From positions 1-57,387 of the forward strand of contig JAGVSR010000072.1 of the NCBI GenBank assembly GCA_019137195.1: a stretch of 57,387 nucleotides of DNA, given 5' to 3'. The DNA is from Alphaproteobacteria bacterium (GTDB lineage: Bacteria > Pseudomonadota > Alphaproteobacteria > Rhizobiales > Hyphomicrobiaceae). The notes under the pieces are model-generated. The model was not told the origin of the DNA. It ran no database searches and was given only the letters and a program-made list of their open reading frames with translations. Of the stretch, positions 51,452 through 57,387 are shown piece after piece (the first letter of the stretch is position 1; every line of letters starts with the position of its first letter). A program made the position numbers and the translations under genes.

Positions 51452-52897
51452 GTGTTTCGACGCAAAGGTGCTTCCACCGCCCCGCCCACCCCCGAAGGCT
51501 GTTTCCCAACCGTGGCCGACCGCTCCCGCATCATCCCGCTCGTCGTAGCGACCGCGCTCTTCATGGAGACGATGGACACCACCATCATCGCTACTGCGCT
51601 CCCCGCCATCGCCAGCGACCTCGGCACCGACCCCATTGCTCTGAAGCTCGCCGTCACCTCCTACCTCGTCGGGTTCGCCATCCTAGTCCCGGTCTCGGGC
51701 TGGATTGCCGACCGCCTCGGCGCCCGTACGACCTTTCGGGCCGCCCTCGCCGTGTTCCTCATGGCCTCGATCGGCTGCGCTTATTCCAACGGACTTGTCG
51801 ACTTCGTCCTCTGGCGCTTCCTTCAGGGGCTCGGCGGCGCGCTCATGACACCGGTCGGCCGCCTCGTCATCATCCGTGGCGTGCCGAAGGATCAGCTCAT
51901 CAAGTCGCTCGCGACACTCACCATTCCGTCGCTGACGGGCCCGGTCATCGGCCCGCCGCTCGGCGGCCTCATCGTGACGACCCTCGACTGGCGCTGGATC
52001 TTCTTCGTCAACATCCCGATCGGGCTCCTGGGCATCTTGCTGGCCTCGCTCTACTTCGAGGACGAGCGCCACGCTGTGAAGCCGCTCGACGCCAAAGGCC
52101 TCCTGCTCTGCGCCGTGGCCCTCCCCGGGCTCATCATGGGCGCCGCCTCACTCGGACGCCACGTCGCCCCGCCGCTCGTCGCTGGCGGCGCGCTCGTAGT
52201 GGGAGCCATGGCGGCGGCGCTCTATGTGCGCCACGCCCGCCGGACCGAACACCCGCTTCTCGACTTGAAGCTGCTTTCGATTAGGGCCTTCGACGCCGGC
52301 GTCACGGGTGGCGCCGTGTTCCGCATCGGCGTCGGCGCCAGCGCCTTCCTGGTGCCGCTCATGCTTCAGATCGGTTTCGGCGTCGACGCCCTGACCTCGG
52401 GCCTCATCACCTTCGCCAGCGCGGCGGGCGCCCTCATCATGAAATTCTTCGCGCCACGGATCCTCGCGCGCCTCGGCTTCCGCACGGTGCTTGTCGGCAA
52501 CGGCCTCTTGGCCTCGATCTTCATGGGGTTCGTAGCTCTGACGGGCCCCTCGACCCCGCACGCCGCGATTTCCGGGCTCCTCTTGCTCGCAGGCCTCCTG
52601 CGCTCGCTGCAATTCACGAGCCTGCACGCCATCTCGTACGCCGACATCGAGGCGAAGGACCAGTCGGCGGCCACGAGCCTTGCGAGCGTCGGCCAGCAAA
52701 TGTCCTTGAGTTTCGGGGTCGCGGTCGGTGCCGCGGCACTCGAGATCTCCCAGCGGCTTGCCGGCCACGCGACGCCCCAGGCGTCCGACTTCTCGTTCGC
52801 CATCGTTGTCGTGTCGGCGATCTCGAGCCTCTGCATCTTGAAGATGCTGAAGCTCCCGCACGACGCCGGGCGCGAGCTGTCGGGAAGGACCGCATGA
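51452..52897 (+). CDS. MFS transporter (DHA2-like, 14 transmembrane segments); start codon uncertain (GTG)
   Basis: TALFMETMDTTIIATALPAI..., GRLVIIRGVPKDQ and DWRWIFFVNIPIG motifs are typical of DHA2 drug:H+ antiporters. Confidence 0.8.
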   Translation: MFRRKGASTAPPTPEGCFPTVADRSRIIPLVVATALFMETMDTTIIATALPAIASDLGTDPIALKLAVTSYLVGFAILVPVSGWIADRLGARTTFRAALAVFLMASIGCAYSNGLVDFVLWRFLQGLGGALMTPVGRLVIIRGVPKDQLIKSLATLTIPSLTGPVIGPPLGGLIVTTLDWRWIFFVNIPIGLLGILLASLYFEDERHAVKPLDAKGLLLCAVALPGLIMGAASLGRHVAPPLVAGGALVVGAMAAALYVRHARRTEHPLLDLKLLSIRAFDAGVTGGAVFRIGVGASAFLVPLMLQIGFGVDALTSGLITFASAAGALIMKFFAPRILARLGFRTVLVGNGLLASIFMGFVALTGPSTPHAAISGLLLLAGLLRSLQFTSLHAISYADIEAKDQSAATSLASVGQQMSLSFGVAVGAAALEISQRLAGHATPQASDFSFAIVVVSAISSLCILKMLKLPHDAGRELSGRTA

Positions 52898-52984
52898 GAT
52901 CGTGACGCCGCGATTGCCCCGTCGTTCCGACGCAGGCGCGATGAGCAGCGATTTCGCGACTTGACGATCGGCGATCTCACGGCC

Positions 52985-53815
52985 TCACGGCCCGACGAGT
53001 GTCCATAAGAACCGCCCGACCACGGTCGCCAGGAACAGCGCGAACGCGATCTCGAGCGTCCGCTTCGGCACGCCGTGCGCAAGGCGCACACCCGCCGGCG
53101 CCGCAAGCACGCTCAAGGGCGCTATGAGCAGCGCACCGAGACTCACGTACCCCAGCGACCACGGCGGCAGCCCCGGCTCGTTCCATCCCGACCACATGTA
53201 GCCGACGAGCCCAGGGATCGCGATCACCGCACCGATGCCGGTCGCCGTCGCAACCGATTGCAGGATGGGCCGCCCGTGCAGCGTCAAGAGCGGTACCGTA
53301 AACGTCGCCCCACCGATGCCCATCAGCGTCGCGACGAGCCCGATCGTCGCCGCGATCCCTTCCAGCCACGGCGCCTTCGGCAGAGAATCCCCGAGCCTCC
53401 AGTCGTCGCGTCCGAACGCCATCTTGAGCGCCAAGGCCGTGCCGAACACGACCCAGATCCAGCGCAGCGCCTCGCTGGAGGCCTGCTTCGCCACCAGCGT
53501 CCCGAGCCCGACGCCCGCGACCACCCACGGTGCCATGCGAGCCACCACCGCGGTGTCGACCGCTCCTCGCGCATTGTGCGCGAGATAGGAGCGCGCGACC
53601 GTCGGCGCGATCACCCCGAGCGTGGTGCCGAGCGCAAGGTGCATGCGCACGTCCTCTGCCACGCCGGCAGCCCCGAACGCCTCGTAGAGCACGGGAACCA
53701 GCACGCCGCCACCGCCGATGCCGAGCATGCCCGACAGGAATCCTGCCACCAGCCCCGCAGCCGCCAGTGCCGCGCAGAGCCCGACAAGGCTCCCCGGTAT
53801 CTGCGTGATGTCCAT
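52985..53815 (-). CDS. TauE/SafE family sulfite/anion exporter
   Basis: Two-repeat membrane topology. GMLGIGGGGVLVP and GIGGATFTVP motifs. Start at MDITQIPG. Confidence 0.75.
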   Translation of the reverse strand: MDITQIPGSLVGLCAALAAAGLVAGFLSGMLGIGGGGVLVPVLYEAFGAAGVAEDVRMHLALGTTLGVIAPTVARSYLAHNARGAVDTAVVARMAPWVVAGVGLGTLVAKQASSEALRWIWVVFGTALALKMAFGRDDWRLGDSLPKAPWLEGIAATIGLVATLMGIGGATFTVPLLTLHGRPILQSVATATGIGAVIAIPGLVGYMWSGWNEPGLPPWSLGYVSLGALLIAPLSVLAAPAGVRLAHGVPKRTLEIAFALFLATVVGRFLWTLVGP

Positions 53816-54034
53816 CGGCGGCCCTCGCGCGTGGACCGAGAATCGGCCCGCGCGCTCCTCTTGATACACGGCCAGCGGCGCCCATGAACGCGGAAACAGT
53901 GAAGCAGCCTCCACGCGGCCCGGGGAACGACATGTACGCGAAGGCGGGCATGAGCCCGTGCCGACCAGAGACGCGCTGCTTCGATCGGCACAGCCCCTCC
54001 TGAAAGGGGGTGGCGTCCTTGATGCCGTATCCTC

Positions 54035-54418
54035 CTACAGCCCGTTCAACACATGCCGGGGCCAGCGCCGCGGCACGACGAGCACGAGGTCGAAACCTTG
54101 CTCATGGCACTGGTAGTGCGGCCGCTTGCCGATCCAGAGCTGCGCCGCACGCCGCACGCGCTCGCGCTGCCGGTCCGGGATCGAGGCCTCCGCACCCTCG
54201 AACGTCTGCCGCTGCTTGACTTCGACAAACACGAGGCGCTTGCCCCTGACGGCAACGAGGTCGATCTCCCCGACGGCGGTCTTTACGCGTCTGCCGAGGA
54301 TGCGGTAACCCTTGAGCCGCAGCATCCACGCCGCAACGCTTTCGGACAGCTGCCCGCGCCGGTTGCGCTCCCGCCGCGCCTCGCTCCACCGTCCGTCCCG
54401 GGCTGTCTCGTTCGCCAT
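54035..54418 (-). CDS. yraN: YraN family (UPF0102) putative endonuclease
   Basis: GEIDLVAVRGKRLVFVEVKQR is a restriction-endonuclease-like core. 127 aa. Confidence 0.8.
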   Translation of the reverse strand: MANETARDGRWSEARRERNRRGQLSESVAAWMLRLKGYRILGRRVKTAVGEIDLVAVRGKRLVFVEVKQRQTFEGAEASIPDRQRERVRRAAQLWIGKRPHYQCHEQGFDLVLVVPRRWPRHVLNGL

Positions 54419-54681
54419 GCGGCAACTGTAGCGCCGGAATGGACCGCATGGCGAGAGCCGGCGCCGGGCGTGTCCGCCTCTCTGAGTCGGTCGGGCTCCG
54501 CAATGGCAATCGAATCTTCACGCTCGAATTGAGTCAATTACTCCCACTTAACCGGAATTTCGCCGGAATCGGAGTATTGTTGCACGCTCCCGACGGGACG
54601 CCACGTGTCCGGGCTCGCTGAGATCCGGCTGGCGCGCGCTGCTCTGCAGTGGCGTGTTCCGCAGCTCGTAGGGGTACGACC

Positions 54682-54759
54682 GAGGCTGTAGCTCAGTGGA
54701 TCAGAGCGCCCGCCCTTGCAGGCGGGAGGTCGGGGGTTCGATTCCCTTCAGCTTCTCCA
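54682..54759 (+). tRNA. tRNA-Ala (anticodon UGC)
   Basis: GAGGCUGUAGCUCAG...CCCGCC-CUUGCAG-GGCGGG...GGUUCGAUUCCC...CAGCUUC-U-CCA. The acceptor stem is fully paired and includes the G3:U70 Ala identity pair. Confidence 0.85.
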
Positions 54760-54832
54760 AACGGCTAGCTCAGTTGGATAGAGCACAAGACTAGGAATCT
54801 TGGTGTCGTGGGTTCGACTCCCATGCCAATCG
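54759..54832 (+). other. Aberrant tRNA-Arg-like element (tRNA pseudogene / tRNA-like), abutting the tRNA-Ala CCA
   Basis: Arg-type D arm (UAGCUCAGUUGGAUAGAGC), intact anticodon stem and a good T arm (GUGGGUUCGACUCCCAU). The anticodon loop is CUAGGAA (anticodon AGG). The 5' acceptor strand AAACGGC cannot pair with the 3' strand GCCAAUC. Confidence 0.45.
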
Positions 54833-55164
54833 CTTTGTAAGCGAACTCGAAACAACGGAAGCCAGCCGTCATTCCCGCTCCGGTCCGATCCCGCAAGGGT
54901 GAGGGCCGCGAGCAAGCGTCGATGCGCTCCGCGTGCCCGCGGATACCGTCTCGGCCGCAATGCCGGAGCCTCTGGCCCGGTCTCGCTGGCACCTTCGGGA
55001 AGCCGGCGCGGCCCAACCTCTGGTGCAAGGCGGAGCGCCGGGGCTCAAGCGGGTACCCGTGTCATCGCCGTGGCGTGACGGCCGGCGACCTTAGCCGGAA
55101 CAACAGACGAAATCCGGTTGCCGGCTGCCCGATGCCGGCCGCCGAAGACTGAAGGAGACTTGTC

Positions 55165-56325
55165 ATGGCCCGCACGAGCTTCTGGACCACTGTCGTCGTC
55201 AGGGACGACGAGCGCGCGTTCCTCACGAGGAACGGCCGCTTCGAGCGCCTGCTCGGACCGGGCCGCTTCAGCGAGCTCGACCCCTGGAGCCGCCTCTCGG
55301 CCGAGGTCGTGAAGGTCGTGCGCGCCGAGATCAACCCCGACCGCGCGCTCCTCATGGAGAAGACGCAGCCGGCGCTCGCCGAGGAGAGCTTCGAGATCGT
55401 GCAGGCGGGCCCGACCGAGGTTGCCATCGTCTCGTTCGACGGCGAGCCGAAGCACCTCGTGTTACCGAACACGACCCGCGCTTTCTGGAAGACGCTGACC
55501 GCGGTCGAGGTCGAGAGGATCGACACCGCGACCGAGCTCCGCGTCGCCAAGAAGCACCTGGACAAGCTCGACGCCGCACGCAGCGGCAACGTCATCGTGC
55601 TCGCCGTTGTCGAGGCGCACGAGGCGGGGCTTCTGTTCGTCGACGGAGAGCTGAAGGAGCGCCTGAAGCCGGGCCGCCACGCCTTCTGGCAGGTGGGCCG
55701 CACGGTGCGCGTCGCCAAGATGGACCTGCGCCCGCAGCCCGTCGAGGTGACGGCACAGGAGATCCTGACCAAGGACCGCGTCGGCATCCGCGTGACGCTG
55801 ACGGCGTTCTCGAAGGTCGTCGATCCTGAGAAAGCGGCACTCGCCGCCGGTGACGTCAACGCGACCCTCTACCGGTTGATCCAGTTCGCCATCCGCGAGG
55901 CGGTGGCGAGCCGCACGCTGGACGACATCCTGGCCGCGCGTGATCAGCTCGATCAGGAGGTGCGTGCCTACGTGGCGAGCCGTGCCGAGGCGCTCGGCAT
56001 CGAGGTCGGCGAGATCGGCGTCAAGGACGTCATCCTGCCGGGCGACGTGCGCGAGCTGTTGAACAAGGTGGTGGAGGCGGAGCGGGTCGCCAAGGCGAAC
56101 CTGATCCGCCGCCAGGAGGAGACCGCGGCCACGCGCTCGCTCTTGAACACCTCGAAGCTCATGGAGAACAACCCTCTGCTGCTCCGCCTGAAGGAGCTCG
56201 AGGCGTTGGAGCGCCTGGTCGAGAAAGTCGGCCGCATCGACCTCCACACGGGGGCCGGCGCCGGCGGCTTCGATGCCCTCCTGTCGAGCCTCTACAAGCT
56301 CGGCGAGAAGGACGTTTCGAAGTGA
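55165..56325 (+). CDS. SPFH/band-7 (stomatin/flotillin-like) domain protein
   Basis: 386 aa. SPFH core, then coiled-coil-like Glu/Leu/Arg-rich C-terminal region. Confidence 0.75.
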   Translation: MARTSFWTTVVVRDDERAFLTRNGRFERLLGPGRFSELDPWSRLSAEVVKVVRAEINPDRALLMEKTQPALAEESFEIVQAGPTEVAIVSFDGEPKHLVLPNTTRAFWKTLTAVEVERIDTATELRVAKKHLDKLDAARSGNVIVLAVVEAHEAGLLFVDGELKERLKPGRHAFWQVGRTVRVAKMDLRPQPVEVTAQEILTKDRVGIRVTLTAFSKVVDPEKAALAAGDVNATLYRLIQFAIREAVASRTLDDILAARDQLDQEVRAYVASRAEALGIEVGEIGVKDVILPGDVRELLNKVVEAERVAKANLIRRQEETAATRSLLNTSKLMENNPLLLRLKELEALERLVEKVGRIDLHTGAGAGGFDALLSSLYKLGEKDVSK

Positions 56326-56340
56326 GCTTCTGACAAAGAT

Positions 56341-56369
56341 GGGGTCAGATCCGCAGGATCTGACCCCAG
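56341..56369. terminator. Perfect 12-bp palindromic hairpin between the convergent SPFH gene and hslU (bidirectional terminator candidate)
   Basis: GGGGUCAGAUCC-GCAG-GGAUCUGACCCC. A U-rich run (AUCUUUGUCA) follows on the minus-strand side. Confidence 0.6.
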
Positions 56370-56460
56370 GCCATCATCCATGTACTCGTTACCGCCTCCT
56401 GCGCGCATCAGCTTCCGGCGTTCCCCCAAGTGGGGCCACCTCGCAGGACGTTGCGCCCGA

Positions 56461-57387
56461 TCACAAAATGAACTTCGACAGGTCCGTATTCTTGGCAAGC
56501 GCCCCGACGTGCTTGTTCACGTAAGCGCCATCGATGGTGACGCTTGTGCCGGCGCTGTCGGATGCTTCGAACGAAATCTCGTCGAGCACCCGCTCCATCA
56601 CCGTCTGCAGGCGCCGGGCCCCGATGTTCTCGACCGTCGAGTTGACGAGCACCGCGGCGTCGGCCAGCGCGTCGATGGCGTCATCGGTGAAGGCGAGCGT
56701 CACGCCCTCGGTCGCCATCAGTGCCACGTACTGCTTGATGAGGCTCGCTTGCGGCTCGGTCAGGATGCGCCGGAAATCGTCGCGGTCGAGCGCCTTGAGC
56801 TCGACTCGGATCGGCAGCCGTCCCTGCAGCTCGGGCAGGAGGTCCGACGGCTTTGCCACGTGGAACGCGCCTGACGCGATGAAGAGCACGTGGTCCGTCT
56901 TCACCGGCCCGTACTTGGTCGACACCGTCGTGCCCTCGATCAAGGGCAGGAGATCCCGCTGCACGCCTTCACGCGACACGTCGGCGCCGGCCCGGCCCGT
57001 ATCCGACCGCGAGCACACCTTGTCGATCTCGTCCAGGAACACGATCCCGTTCTCCTCGACGGCACGGATCGCTTCCGACGTGATCTGATCCTGGTCGATG
57101 AGCTTGTCGCTCTCTTCGGCTATGAGGACGTCGTAGCTGTCCTTGACCGTCACCCGCCTCGCCTTCGCACGACCGCCCATGGCTTTCGACAGGATGTCGG
57201 AGAGATTGATCGCGCTCGCCCCGCCGCCCGGCATGCCCGGGATCTCGAACATCGGCATGCTGCCGCCCGTGTCGGTGACGTGGATCTCGATCTCCTTGTC
57301 GTTGAGCTCGCTGGCCCGAAGCCTCTTGCGGAAGCTTTCCCGCGTCGCCGGGGAGGCGGTCGCGCCGACCAGCGCGTCGAGCACGCG
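56461..57387 (-). CDS. hslU: ATP-dependent protease ATPase subunit HslU (C-terminal about 307 aa; the 5' end lies beyond the window)
   Basis: ...[29 protein letters not shown]... and the C-terminal ...DLSKFIL are characteristic HslU. The frame is open to the window end. Confidence 0.9.
   Translation of the reverse strand, partial: RVLDALVGATASPATRESFRKRLRASELNDKEIEIHVTDTGGSMPMFEIPGMPGGGASAINLSDILSKAMGGRAKARRVTVKDSYDVLIAEESDKLIDQDQITSEAIRAVEENGIVFLDEIDKVCSRSDTGRAGADVSREGVQRDLLPLIEGTTVSTKYGPVKTDHVLFIASGAFHVAKPSDLLPELQGRLPIRVELKALDRDDFRRILTEPQASLIKQYVALMATEGVTLAFTDDAIDALADAAVLVNSTVENIGARRLQTVMERVLDEISFEASDSAGTSVTIDGAYVNKHVGALAKNTDLSKFIL

Noticed and set aside
54682-54838. Two ordinary tandem tRNAs (Ala + Arg)
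   Set aside because: The first folds as a perfect tRNA-Ala(UGC). The second cannot form an acceptor stem and has an anticodon that bacterial tRNA sets do not normally include (AGG). It is therefore reported as a tRNA-like or pseudo-tRNA rather than a functional tRNA-Arg.
1-57387. CRISPR arrays, IS elements or transposases, integrases, phage genes, restriction-modification or other recognisable defence operons
   Set aside because: No short direct-repeat/spacer arrays. No transposase or integrase or phage-like ORFs. The only tandem repeats are coding repeats, in the DUF4167 gene and the Cys-module protein.

Overview
High-GC (about 65-70%) alphaproteobacterial chromosome segment, most likely Rhizobiales/Hyphomicrobiales. 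It is mainly a conserved housekeeping backbone, with accessory genes interspersed.

Core content in order: czcA (partial), a DUF3240 protein and an outer-membrane efflux protein; tRNA-Arg(CCG); tsaA; polA; cspA; mntH; fhs; two tandem rlpA paralogs; a chrA with an in-frame stop; dctPQM TRAP transporter; prmB; phaZ; argD-argF-hslO; gcrA; prfA-prmC; ptsP-lysC; an mrp/apbC fused to DUF971; DMT, MFS and TauE transporters; yraN; tRNA-Ala; an SPFH protein; and hslU (partial).

No CRISPR array, transposase, integrase or recognisable defence operon is visible. The observations I would look at again are:
- a low-GC orphan gene between fhs and the SAF-domain oxidoreductase
- a secreted protein with about 6.5 tandem 2-Cys modules
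- a catalytically degenerate subtilase-like mini-protein
- an aberrant tRNA-Arg-like element fused to the CCA end of tRNA-Ala
- an amber stop inside chrA
- the Mrp-DUF971 fusion
- an orphan DctQ
- structured 5' leaders of lysC and fhs
- a 16-bp perfect inverted repeat flanked by GANTC sites
- an ~800-bp region with no credible coding signal

The long antisense ORFs in the six-frame track are high-GC artefacts.
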